From positions 1-64,000 of the forward strand of contig PDIP01000005.1 in NCBI GenBank assembly GCA_002811645.1: DNA of 64,000 nucleotides. Direction: 5' to 3'. The translations under genes were made by a program, and so were the position numbers. Source of the DNA: Corallochytrium limacisporum Hawaii. Its lineage: Eukaryota; Protista; Pluriformea. Positions 45,184-55,563 of the stretch are shown one piece after another. How positions within the stretch are numbered: position 1 is the stretch's first letter; each line of letters begins with the position of its first letter. Below the pieces are notes generated by a model. The model was not told the origin of the DNA. It worked only from the letters and a program-made list of their open reading frames with translations, and did not search any database.

Positions 45184-48100
45184 TTACGCAGCCAATTTGC
45201 GTGCTCTGTCCAGATACTCCGTCATGAACTCGAAGAAAGTAAAAGGACTGCTGGTCATGCCATAGCGGTAGACATACCTACTGGCCAGATAAGAGCCAAA
45301 GATGGCGCGCAGATAGCTGTCCGGTACGCGCTCAATGATGTCGTCCAGCGGCACCAGCTTCAGCAGAGCCTGAGGGCAATATTCGTTGAAGATGACAGTC
45401 CGCAGTTCGGCATTGTTCCACAGCGGGCTCTGGCTTAGCTCTTCGCTTAGTTCGACAATCTTTACACTGACCTGATCAGTCAGCACGCAGCGAGGCAGAC
45501 CAGTGCGCTCATGTTCGTTCCAGATGCACTCAAATTCCATCGCGGCATTCTTTTCAACGATGCCCTGGACCTCCTTGACGTACTCCTGGTAGAACTTGGG
45601 CTCCTCACCACCTTTCACACTCATGTGTTCACCAAAGGTCTTATCATCCAAGGCAAGGGCGGCAAAGACCTCTAGAGAAGAGCTCGTGACACCGCCCTTG
45701 TTGGCACTAGCGTCCTTGTAGAGAACGACCCCCTTCTGTTCGAGCTGTAGACGTGCAGCCTGCGTAATAAAAAGATTGGCACCCTCGACGATATATTTAT
45801 GACGTGGGGCCCCAGTCTCTTCGTCAAACATCAGGTGCACGTTCTGCAAATTAATAGAGTCCGGTCGACCTCCGCACGGCACCAGGAAAGTGGACTCCAC
45901 GCCGCGGTTGACATGGAAGCCATTGCGGAAGCGCATACCGTTCTCCACCACGCTGCCGTCCGGCAGATCAATGGACCTGTCATCCACAAGCACTCGGTAG
46001 CCCTCCGGCCCTAGTTTGCTCACGTCAAAGTGTTCAATCATCTTGCGTTCCCGAGCGAGACGTTCAAGTTCATCGCGGGCAATACCTTGAGGATCAAAGA
46101 GCACGCCAGAACCATCTACAATGGAAATAGTCTTGTCCTTGGAGATGAGAATCTCGTTAGATCCAAGATCACCGTCCGGACCACCAGTCTGTACCTTGGT
46201 ACAGTCCTCTTCCTTCAGAGCTAGCTTGCGGATAATGCCGAGCACATACTGATGCACACTGCGGGTGGTCATGCCGTACCGATCGTGGGGAATGCCACCG
46301 AGGGCAATGCTCTTACCGGTGGTGAAAGCTTTCCAGAACGAGGCGCTGCGTTTCTTGGCATGCAGGGCCGCCCAATCCATAAGGTTGGCTGTACCCTCGT
46401 CAGGACCCAGGAACAGAATCTCCGGTGTTCCCAAACGGTCTACGATCTGTTCCTTGATGCCCGGGCTCTTGCCCACCAACAGTAAGTCCAAAAGACCATC
46501 GACATACTTCTCGAAGGCCCTTTCGGCAGCGCCCTGTCGATTCATCTCCAACAGGACAGTACCCTTGGATCCGCCCTCAGGGATGTCCTTGTTTTTGTTT
46601 TGTTGTGTTGACGCGAGATTATAGTTCTCGTCAAAGAGCGAGATAACGTTACGCCTGAACACGTCGGTATTGGCACTGCGAATAATGCGGATGCCACCAC
46701 GCGCGACGTCAGCGAAACGGACGTGGAAACCACGGAATTCAGCAGCCAATACAAAGAACATGCCGTACACTTTGCGTGGGTACTCGATCGGAGGCAGGAA
46801 GGACGGGTCGAGACGGAAGCTCAGCGCAATCTTAGTAGGCTGGAAGAAATTGGTCTTCAGGATGTGCTGATTGAAGGTGAGCATGGCCTCAAAGATGGCC
46901 GCCTCACGCATGCTCTGAGTCATGTACTTAATCAGATCGAGAATGTCAGCGTCCGTGTAGTCCGCCAGAGAGTCCAGGCGCTGGGTGGAGAGGGAGCGCT
47001 GATCCTCGGCCATGCCCGGAGTTTCCAATTGATTGGTCCCCATGGTGCCCATGCTGATGCTTACATGGTGCACAGACGCAAAGTTGGCGTACAGAGAGCG
47101 CACTAGTTCGGGGTACTGGAAGACAATCTGGTGGATCTCATTAGAGCCGAAAGTGTCGCTACGCAGGCGGGTCTTCAGAGACAGCAGCAGGGTCTGATGA
47201 GACTCATTCTTTTCGTCAAGAAGCTCGCTGATCTGGGTGAACTCGGGCCCGAGACGGTTGAGGAAATGCTCCACGAATTTACAGGCCGCGAACGCATATG
47301 CGCACTCTTGCATGCTCAAACGCTTCTCGTAGTAGTGCTCAAAGAACATGGATTCGGGCAAGATATGCAGGTAGCTGACTTCCTTCATGATCTGAATGAT
47401 ACACTGGTTGACAGTGACACCGGGCTTGACTTCAGACCGGTCCACATACAGGGAGATGATGGTCATGCCATTGGCAAACTGTTCGACGTATTTCTTTGTG
47501 GAGTACAGCCCATAGAAATGATACAAGTGACTCAATGCTGCAAACATGCCAGTAGTGTAGCCCCGACCATATGCAATGACCACCCGCCAGTGATCATCCT
47601 CAAGATGGAAGCGTTCGATGACGGGACCCGTGCGATTGACTGCCTTGTTGATCAGGTTTTGGTATAGCTGCATAGTATTCTCAGTAGCACGGGCAAGGAA
47701 CTCAGAGCTGCTAATCTTCTTCAGATCCGTCTCTAATGGATCACATAGCCCGTTGGGGAAGGTGCATTCCTGTACAAAATAACAGCGCAGCTGGAGTTTG
47801 CTCTCCCCGGAGACGTGCGTCTTGCTGCGGTAGGTCTCGACGCGGAACACCCGGCCATCGTCGCGGTCAAGGAACCGTTCATCAATCTTCTGCTCAAAGC
47901 GGGGGCCACTTGCAATAGAAATACCGGGCATAGAGTTGCAGAGGAAGATTGTGGTGTCCTCAGTCTCGTGTTCGAGCTCAATATCGATGGTGGACTTGCG
48001 CTTGGTGTAGGCAAGGACCTTGGCACCGTAGATGGAGAGAATAAACTCGGCAATCTTCTCAGAATTTTCATGGGCAAAGAAGAGGTCCTCAATGCCAAGC

Positions 48101-48285
48101 TTGTCGTAAAAGAAATCGACCTCGTTGACAGCTTCTGCGTCAGGGATGAAGCCCTTGGCCTTGATCAACTGCAGGACATCTTGCCGTTGTTGTGACTTAC
48201 CCTGGAAAACGGGAGTCCTCAGGTCGATACCAGTCTTTGAGACCGTATCAACTGTGGCAGTTTCCTTTGCCTTTGACCTGATCAT
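45184..48285 (-). CDS. GDH2: Large NAD-specific glutamate dehydrogenase (fungal Gdh2 type)
   Basis: 1033 aa; RGFHVRFADVARGGIR, KNKDIPEGGSKG, GPDEGTA, GGIPHDRYGMTT, QTGGPDGDLGSNEI, DASANKGGVTSSSLEV. Confidence 0.95.
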   Translation of the reverse strand: MIRSKAKETATVDTVSKTGIDLRTPVFQGKSQQRQDVLQLIKAKGFIPDAEAVNEVDFFYDKLGIEDLFFAHENSEKIAEFILSIYGAKVLAYTKRKSTIDIELEHETEDTTIFLCNSMPGISIASGPRFEQKIDERFLDRDDGRVFRVETYRSKTHVSGESKLQLRCYFVQECTFPNGLCDPLETDLKKISSSEFLARATENTMQLYQNLINKAVNRTGPVIERFHLEDDHWRVVIAYGRGYTTGMFAALSHLYHFYGLYSTKKYVEQFANGMTIISLYVDRSEVKPGVTVNQCIIQIMKEVSYLHILPESMFFEHYYEKRLSMQECAYAFAACKFVEHFLNRLGPEFTQISELLDEKNESHQTLLLSLKTRLRSDTFGSNEIHQIVFQYPELVRSLYANFASVHHVSISMGTMGTNQLETPGMAEDQRSLSTQRLDSLADYTDADILDLIKYMTQSMREAAIFEAMLTFNQHILKTNFFQPTKIALSFRLDPSFLPPIEYPRKVYGMFFVLAAEFRGFHVRFADVARGGIRIIRSANTDVFRRNVISLFDENYNLASTQQNKNKDIPEGGSKGTVLLEMNRQGAAERAFEKYVDGLLDLLLVGKSPGIKEQIVDRLGTPEILFLGPDEGTANLMDWAALHAKKRSASFWKAFTTGKSIALGGIPHDRYGMTTRSVHQYVLGIIRKLALKEEDCTKVQTGGPDGDLGSNEILISKDKTISIVDGSGVLFDPQGIARDELERLARERKMIEHFDVSKLGPEGYRVLVDDRSIDLPDGSVVENGMRFRNGFHVNRGVESTFLVPCGGRPDSINLQNVHLMFDEETGAPRHKYIVEGANLFITQAARLQLEQKGVVLYKDASANKGGVTSSSLEVFAALALDDKTFGEHMSVKGGEEPKFYQEYVKEVQGIVEKNAAMEFECIWNEHERTGLPRCVLTDQVSVKIVELSEELSQSPLWNNAELRTVIFNEYCPQALLKLVPLDDIIERVPDSYLRAIFGSYLASRYVYRYGMTSSPFTFFEFMTEYLDRARKLAA

Positions 48286-48881
48286 TGTTGCAGATCAATG
48301 AAGTATCGTACTCTAGCTGTTGTATCCTATGGCTCGAATTGACCTTTGGGGCCAGTTCTACGCTGCTCGAGCACCACAGGGGATGGAATAGATCGGTAGA
48401 CCGTTGATGAGCAGAAGCAGCCCATAAGATCTCTCAAGTAGCCTCTCTGGGTGTTCATCCGAATCGAATACGCAGTGCAGAGCACATCGTCACCCCGTAA
48501 GACTCTCGACCTCCGCTTGTGGCCCATACGATGCCGCATCCAAGACTGCGAGATCGGATTGTGAGCTCTGGAACCCAACTCATCCAAGCGGCTTGAGGAA
48601 AACAAAGAAAATACACATTGAACCCCCCTGGGATACACACAGTATCGAACGGTGCCCAGTACGGCCCGCAGGGGAATTGGCTTAAACGCGGAAAACTTTG
48701 CTTCGACATTTTGCTCAAAACAATCTGCGCCATATGTCACACACACACCCCACAACACACAGAGCACCAGGAGAGCAAGTGGACCCACCGCGTTGCTTTG
48801 AAACGTGGCGACTGGTCACCACCCTTCGTGATGTGATGGTACGAAGGAAATTCGAAGTGAAAAGTGGCGTAGAGAGGAGGA

Positions 48882-48897
48882 CCCCCCGGGGGGGGGG
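48882..48897. promoter_or_regulatory. C(n)G(n) element upstream of GDH
   Basis: C6G10 about 600 bp upstream of ATG 48285. Confidence 0.45.
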
Positions 48898-50798
48898 CCT
48901 CGGACGGCCCTTCGGTTTGGCCAGCGTTGTTGCTCTGCGCTCCCCATTTTGCCGTTCGCTGTGCGCCTATGCTTTCCAAAAACCGGTGGTAATTTCTGAG
49001 TATGCAATGCTTTTTATTTTGTTTTTTTTTTGGGGGGGGGGGGGTGGCACCCCACTTCAGAGGTTCTGGGAGAGAGAGAGAGAGAGTGTGTGTGTGTGTA
49101 AAAGATCGGAGCGGTAGGGACGGGCTTTTTCAGTGAAAGTTTATTCTCCCGCTCGCTCGGGTCTGTCTTAATAAGCTTTTATTGCTCCCGACCCCCCCCC
49201 TCCCTTACTCTCTTGTCTGTCTGTCGTTTCTCTCGCTTCTCTCTCATCTCCCCCCGGACCTCCTCCTAGTTTCTGCCCTGCAAAAAATCCTTCACCAGCC
49301 TCAGGCTTCTCTACACCTCCTCCCCTGGGGATCGCCGTGGCATCATGCAGTTTTGGCTGTGTGCGGTTGGCACCCCCCCCCCAATCATCTCTGCAGCAAC
49401 CACTTCCTTCGGATTTCAGTATATTCGGTATTCTCACAGTCTTCTGCGCGATTCTCTCTGACTCTCCTCTCGCTGCGGACCGTGTCTACATCTGCAACCT
49501 GCTGACCGACCAGACTCTCTTTCTCTCTCATCGACACCTGTTGGCGGCCGTTGGCAGTGTGGCGCTCATGTAACCTCAGAAAGAGCGGCTCGATGACTGC
49601 GTAGTGCTGTACCTGCCAACCTTCCCACACCAACGCCCGGACGGACTCTATCGCTACGGTTTTTGGCTGGCCAAGTCTGTTGGATAGGAGAACAAAAGTT
49701 GAAATCACTGGTGCCGCATATCAACCTGAAGAAAAATACTAAAGGTATTCCTGGGGTTCCCACCGCGTGCGGTTCCTCTGTTATGCATTCGCAGATTGAA
49801 TTCGCAAGGAGGGTAGGACAGGGGCCCACTGTTAAGAGCTCTACCACACCGTTACTATCAATAATCTTCCCCCCCCCCCAACATAACACCGAACCCCTCT
49901 CCCACTTGCTTATATCCACTTACCCACCACCACCAGCACACACTGCACTGAATTGTAACATAGGGCCTTCGTATTCAAATATTTGATGAATCATAAGGGA
50001 CGGTACGGTGGCCGAGGAATGCGTAGTGAATGTATGGGCAGTCCCTTTCACAGGTCGGCCCTTTCGCTGGTCCTTTTTCTTTGTTGGGAAGCCGGGAAGG
50101 AAGGGGGGGGGTTCGGAAATTGCGGGCCGAAGAAGAGGGCCCCGGGGAGGGGGGGGGCCGCGTTGTGCCTTTTCGACAACGTTTGTTAGGGAGAACGAGT
50201 GCCAAGCCACAACACTAGCTTTCTGCCATACTGAAGAAATGGAGGACACTCCCCCCACACACACTCGAGGAAGGCTTGTTGGACGGTAAAGCGACCGTAG
50301 GGGGGCCGATTCGAACCTGGGCAGATAGGGTTTAGTAGTGAAACGACTGGTCTTGCAGATCTGACGGGCGGCTAAGGCTTGCGGAGATGGGCCTCCCTCA
50401 GAAGTCACATGGGGCTGGCTGGCTGTGTGCTGGGGAGGAGCGGGGATGCTGGAGCTGAATTGGAGAAAGTGTGGCTGCGTGTGTATGGTTGGTTCTGGGC
50501 ACTGCCGTTGGCTTCGAATGCGTGATGAATGGTGGCTTTAGGCTCCAGTGTAGCGTGGCTATGAGCATTGGACTTAGTCGACCCGCGCAAGGGTAGGATA
50601 GGTTTCCATTGGTGATGATGTTGGAGAAAACGGATAACTTGTTATGGTTCAAATTGGAATAGGTGGTAGAGTTCATATTCTAAGAGCAGGTACTTTGAAG
50701 AACAAGCTTCAAGAGCCCACTGGACAAATTCAATTTTAGTATAGATCTTTTATCTTTCAATTTAGGGAACCGAGGTAAATAGTATCCTTATAGGAAAG

Positions 50799-52046
50799 AT
50801 GTCGTCAGCAAAGCAACCGCTGCCGACCATCCAGGGTCAGAAGCTAAAGCAGAAGAAGCGTGATATTAAGGAACAGTATGATCCTGAAGGCTTTCGCGAC
50901 GCGGTTGTTGAGGGTCTAAACGAGTGCGATGACTTTGAGGCTGTAGCTAAATTTCTCGACTCTGCCGGTAACAAACTCGACTACCAGCGCTACGGTGAAA
51001 CTCTGTGGGATGTTCTCTTTGCCGGAGGTATCCTGGCACCCGGTGGTTCCATCGAGGACGAGGAAGCAGAAGTGTCCAAGTTCTACCTGTTCAAAGCTGA
51101 AGACGACGATCAGGCTGCCATTCAATATGTCGATCTCTTCATTCGCGTCATGCGTCGGTACAGATTCTTGGTTAAGCATTTGGGAGAAGAAGTTCGCAAA
51201 TTATTGAATTTCCTGAAGGGATTTAAGGAAGACCAGCTGGACAAACTGGCCACTGCGGTGTCCCAGCTGCTTGGGCGGCAGACTCTGAGCGCGGATGTGC
51301 TTCTGAGCATGCAGAACGAGCATCTTTTGAAGGACGGTATTGCCCTTGACATGTTCACCCGGATTGTGCGCAAGTGGCTACAACTGAACAGCATTCAGCA
51401 GATTGCTGCTGCTCTGAAACAGAGCGAAATGGACGATCGGTTGCTCGGGTTCATGCCTCCATCGCGACAGCAGCCTGAGGAGTTTGAGACTCATTTCAAG
51501 AATGAAAAGCTTGACCCCATGGTCCGGTTCTTCCACGCGAAGCAGACTTCACAGTACAAGGTCGGATTACGGCAGCTGATTCAGGAGCTCGTCCACAACG
51601 AAGCCCCCATGGACGAGCTGGTCAGTGAGTGCATGAGCTACATCAACAAGTACAACCTGACCAAGGCTGAGAGTGTAGGCATTGTCTGGGCATCCATTAT
51701 GGGCGTGTTGGACCGCTCCAAGAAGCAGGACCAGCTCGTCGCGGAGGCCCTTGTCCATGTCAAGACCTACGTTCCTCTGCTGTTTGCCTTCAGCGGTACT
51801 GTGACCGCCGAGGTGAACCTAGTCAACCGCATCCAGGTCTTCTGCTTCGAGAACATCTCCTTCCTTAACATCTTCAACAAGATCATCCTGCTGCTGTACA
51901 ACAAGGATGTACTGGGAGAGGACGCCATCACTGCCTGGTATGAGAGCCGCCACAGTCAGAAAGGTAAGGGTCAGTTCCTGAAGCAAATGAAACCCATGAT
52001 GGACTGGTTTGCTACTGCCGAAGAGGAGTCTGGTGATGAGGCCTGA
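50799..52046 (+). CDS. BZW1: eIF5-mimic protein (BZW/5MP), W2 domain
   Basis: KQPLPTIQGQKLKQKKRD..YDP, LDYQRYGETL..GGILAPGG, C-terminal KGKGQFLKQMKPMMDWFATAEEE. Confidence 0.95.
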   Translation: MSSAKQPLPTIQGQKLKQKKRDIKEQYDPEGFRDAVVEGLNECDDFEAVAKFLDSAGNKLDYQRYGETLWDVLFAGGILAPGGSIEDEEAEVSKFYLFKAEDDDQAAIQYVDLFIRVMRRYRFLVKHLGEEVRKLLNFLKGFKEDQLDKLATAVSQLLGRQTLSADVLLSMQNEHLLKDGIALDMFTRIVRKWLQLNSIQQIAAALKQSEMDDRLLGFMPPSRQQPEEFETHFKNEKLDPMVRFFHAKQTSQYKVGLRQLIQELVHNEAPMDELVSECMSYINKYNLTKAESVGIVWASIMGVLDRSKKQDQLVAEALVHVKTYVPLLFAFSGTVTAEVNLVNRIQVFCFENISFLNIFNKIILLLYNKDVLGEDAITAWYESRHSQKGKGQFLKQMKPMMDWFATAEEESGDEA

Positions 52047-52797
52047 ATGTGTTGAGTCACCGTGAAGACGAACCCCCCCCCTAGTGTGCCTTGATCACTT
52101 TCTCTGACCTCTGGGCCGTTCAAAATGTTTCCATACTACGTTCTGGTTAGATCATAGATTTGTGTTTCCTTCAACTCTATGCCAATAAATGTCTATTCAT
52201 CAATCATGTTCCCATGAGAACACGTCCTGTGGTGTGCTACATTCAGCCCGTGAGTTAGATAGCATGCATGGTGCGTGTCATGCTTCTCTCCGAGGAAATG
52301 TACATGCCGTGACGGCAGAAACGGAAGTGCGAAATTGAAATTTTGTGTTTATTGGCGGTTCTGGTTTTAAGTCTCCTCTGTCAATGGAAAAGTGACCAAA
52401 AAAGTCAAAATAGAAGTCACTCTTACACGATGACCTTCCAAGTGCCCAACCAATGGATCCCTCACAGATATTGGAACATGTCGTCTCCGTTATCAAATGA
52501 GGGGCAATGTAGCCAAAGCCCTAAAGAACTTTCCCACCAGCTTGCTGTAGGCTGCTGCTCTAAACTCTGTGAGCCCTTCAGTTGCATCCAACTCCTGTGT
52601 CAAATTGTTCAAAACTTGACTTTGCCCCTCTCTGTACTGTGAACATGAACAAAAAAGAAACGTCTCGTTTGGTTCTCTGTCAAAGGATCCGCGTTGGAAA
52701 TGACTTATGGCAATGTGTTCCCTCTTGTCCTTCTCATTCCATTGTCATGTTGTACCATGCTTGGTATGTTTCTTCGTTTCTTTTCGTTTCGGTTTCT

Positions 52798-53889
52798 TTA
52801 CAGAGTCTGAGTAGGGTTATTCAACGCACCAACGTGCTGTTGGGGCGGTGGTGCCATTTGCACAGACTGCCTCATCTGCAGAGTCTGACGCAACTGCATG
52901 TTTTCCGTGTAGAGCTGCTGCAAGTGTTTCTTTAGGTATTTGATATAAGCCGTCGACTTGTTCAGAATTTCCAGTTTTGAAATCTTCTCCCGACAGTTCG
53001 GCAGCTGTGCTGTCAGGTCGTCGAAGGCATGGCTCATGAGCTTACGACGACGCTGTTCATTCTGCACATGTAACTCACGGCGGCGCTTCGGTTGTGAATC
53101 ATCCGCACTGCGGCGAGTACCGGCACCGCTACCGCGGCTGCTGGTCGGTGGTGTTGCAACGGAACCAGGAGTACTGGGTTTGCCTTCATCTTTGACCTGG
53201 ACCGTACCAGGTGGTGCACTCGCCCGGTTTGCGGCGGCCACGGCCTCGTGTGCGGCACTGATGGATGCCTTTGTTGAGTTCGGCAGTGACACGTTGTCCA
53301 GACTGCCCATGTTCGTGGAGCTGTCCCATCCACTGCCACGGGAAATTTCCGAGACCCGTTCGCCTCCCTGAGGGGGCGGCGGTCCGTTGACACCAAACGG
53401 GTTGTTGAAATCGTAAGACCCCTTTGTGTCACTACCGGAACTCTGGCCAGCGCCCGGGGGGAAGCTACCTCCTTGGGCATGCGGGGGAATTTCGTTGAAC
53501 TTGAGGAGGATGTCCATTGCATCGGACAGCCTACGCACGGCATTGTCACCGCCGGTTTCATTGGCTTGCAGCTGACCGGGTTTCTTGTCTCCACCCATGT
53601 TGTCTCCTGCGTTCATGCCCATATTACCCAAAAGGTCATCGACCAGCTGTCCCTGACCGCCGCCGTTGGAACTGGGAGCATTCGGGTGTTGCTCCTGGTC
53701 CAGCAGACCGTAATTCATGAGTGAGTCATTGTCTTCCTCGCCACCAGCGTACCCGGTGAACTGCGATAGAAGTTCATTGGGAATGGCAGCAGGTAACGAA
53801 ATACTCCGCTTCCTGCGCTGACGACTATAGTGCTCGAACGAGTTCGGCGACAGATTGGGGTTGCCGCCTGCTCCGCTATTGTGAAACAT
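52798..53889 (-). CDS. bHLH-leucine zipper transcription factor (Max/Mlx/Myc-network-like)
   Basis: RRELHVQNEQRRR basic region with H-E-R spacing, helix 2 SKLEILNKSTAYIKYL, then a zipper. First ATG at 53889; track start 53928 is TTG. Confidence 0.9.
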   Translation of the reverse strand: MFHNSGAGGNPNLSPNSFEHYSRQRRKRSISLPAAIPNELLSQFTGYAGGEEDNDSLMNYGLLDQEQHPNAPSSNGGGQGQLVDDLLGNMGMNAGDNMGGDKKPGQLQANETGGDNAVRRLSDAMDILLKFNEIPPHAQGGSFPPGAGQSSGSDTKGSYDFNNPFGVNGPPPPQGGERVSEISRGSGWDSSTNMGSLDNVSLPNSTKASISAAHEAVAAANRASAPPGTVQVKDEGKPSTPGSVATPPTSSRGSGAGTRRSADDSQPKRRRELHVQNEQRRRKLMSHAFDDLTAQLPNCREKISKLEILNKSTAYIKYLKKHLQQLYTENMQLRQTLQMRQSVQMAPPPQQHVGALNNPTQTL

Positions 53890-54520
53890 GATGGACAAGC
53901 CCTTTCTTGTTTCCTCCTCTTTGGACAAGTAGAATTCTGTAACTTATTGCGCGATACGTTGTAATGCGTTGCTTTCTGGTTGCGACCTTCGTAAAACAAA
54001 GAAGTCTCGAATACACAGGCTGCCTTCGAGAGATCTAGTTCTGAATGAAATAGAAATTTGTTTCAGTAACCTAACGCTTCCGTCAACTCATTCTTTACCT
54101 AACCTTAATTAGGGATGTGCAACTGAAGATTTTAAAAGTAACCGTAATGAAGTGCTCAAACCACAGACCTTTTTTGCCCAACAAATACGTGCTTGAGAAG
54201 CGCTGAATACCTAACAGCAGATTAAGTCGTCAATAGCTCCTATCAATTATACTAATACACTGTTTGTCTCTCCTTTCTTTGTTGGCATCTTGCTTAGTCT
54301 ACTTGTTACTGTAAATGAAACTATTAGGTACAGCGTTCCAAAGAGAGACTACAACCCCCAAGAGAACACAGGTGTCCAAAGCCTCCAGCAAGGCAGCTCC
54401 TTTTGGGACTCCAAAAAAACGAAGACGAGGCAGGGTCACGACGACGACGCACCGGTACGCTTTTGCTCGCATTCATCGCAGTACATCCAGTGCCTGTTCT
54501 CTCAAATCCCACTGCCTTCC

Positions 54521-54725
54521 CTCTCTCTCTCTCTCTCTCTCTCTTGTCTCTGGCGCTCCCTCTCTCCCTCTCTCTCGTTCTCGGTGCCCTATATCTGTCA
54601 ACCCTGTCTCTTTCGCACATTTTCGATTCACTCTTGGCTCCCCTCTCTCTCTCTCTCTCTCTCTCGCTCTCTCTCTCTCTCGCTCTCTCTCTCTCTCGCG
54701 GGGTCTCTCTCTCTCTCTCTCTCTC
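54521..54725 (+). repeat. Interrupted (CT)n microsatellite block
   Basis: (CT)n runs at about 54521-54543 and 54642-54725. Confidence 0.95.
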
Positions 54726-55161
54726 CGTCCTTCCCTCTCTCTTCTTTCTTCCCTTCCCTCTTTCGTCTCTTCTGCACGTTCCCGGTCAATCGGGTTGTCC
54801 GTTTGGGGATCACGAAACAATACTCGGACTTTTACGAGCCGGTGTGCCGCCTCCCTAGATTTTCCCTCTCTCTGCGTGCAATTTTGCCCATTCCCCGGTT
54901 TTCTTTCGGGGAAGCACGAGTATTGCGAACGGAGAATGCCCCAAACCGCCAGAGCCTCAAGACTGTGGTTTTTGGGTGTTTTGTGCAGCGCTTGAGAAAA
55001 CTGATGCAAAAGATTACACTGTTACAGTGGTTTCTTGTCCCTCCTAAGAGCTCGGTCCATAGAGAATAAGTGGAGAAAAAGGGAACCACTGTGGAATAAG
55101 TTTGTGGGCGGGGCAGCGAACGGATCGGGAGGGTGCCCTGAAACAGAAAGTGAGAGAGAGA

Positions 55162-55212
55162 GAAGAAGAAGAAGAAGAAGAAGAAGAAGAAGAAGAAGAA
55201 GAAGAAGAAGAA
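55162..55212 (+). repeat. (GAA)n trinucleotide microsatellite
   Basis: About 17 perfect GAA units, preceded by (GA)n and followed by a G tract. Confidence 0.97.
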
Positions 55213-55534
55213 GGGGAGGGGGGGGGGGGGCCGGGAACCAAAAACCTCCGGAATGTAAGGCAACCAGGTCCTAGTACACACACACACACCCTCTTGCCCC
55301 GTTTTTGTGAAATCTCGCAAAGACAAAATGGGTATCATAGAAAATATGCCAGTGCACGCCAGCCGCTGCCGCTGCCGCTCGCACCTTCGGTATGTCAGCT
55401 AAAAATAAGAACGAGACCTCATCACAAACCGGAGATATGGAGAGGAGAAAAAGAATACAAACGAGACCGGACACCCTAAGGAAAAAATTGGAAGGGGGAG
55501 GGGCAGGGGGGAGGACTGCCAACTTGGCCCAAAA

Positions 55535-55563
55535 NNNNNNNNNNNNNNNNNNNNNNNNNNNNN
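55535..55563. other. Assembly gap
   Basis: N run followed by a G tract. Confidence 1.

Noticed and set aside
50300-50325. GGTTCGAATC T-loop-like sequence on the minus strand
   Set aside because: The T stem does not pair and no cloverleaf can be built; not a tRNA.
54290-55522. Several 150-260 aa ORFs rich in SL, RE, E or F repeats
   Set aside because: Translations of (CT)n and (GAA)n microsatellites.
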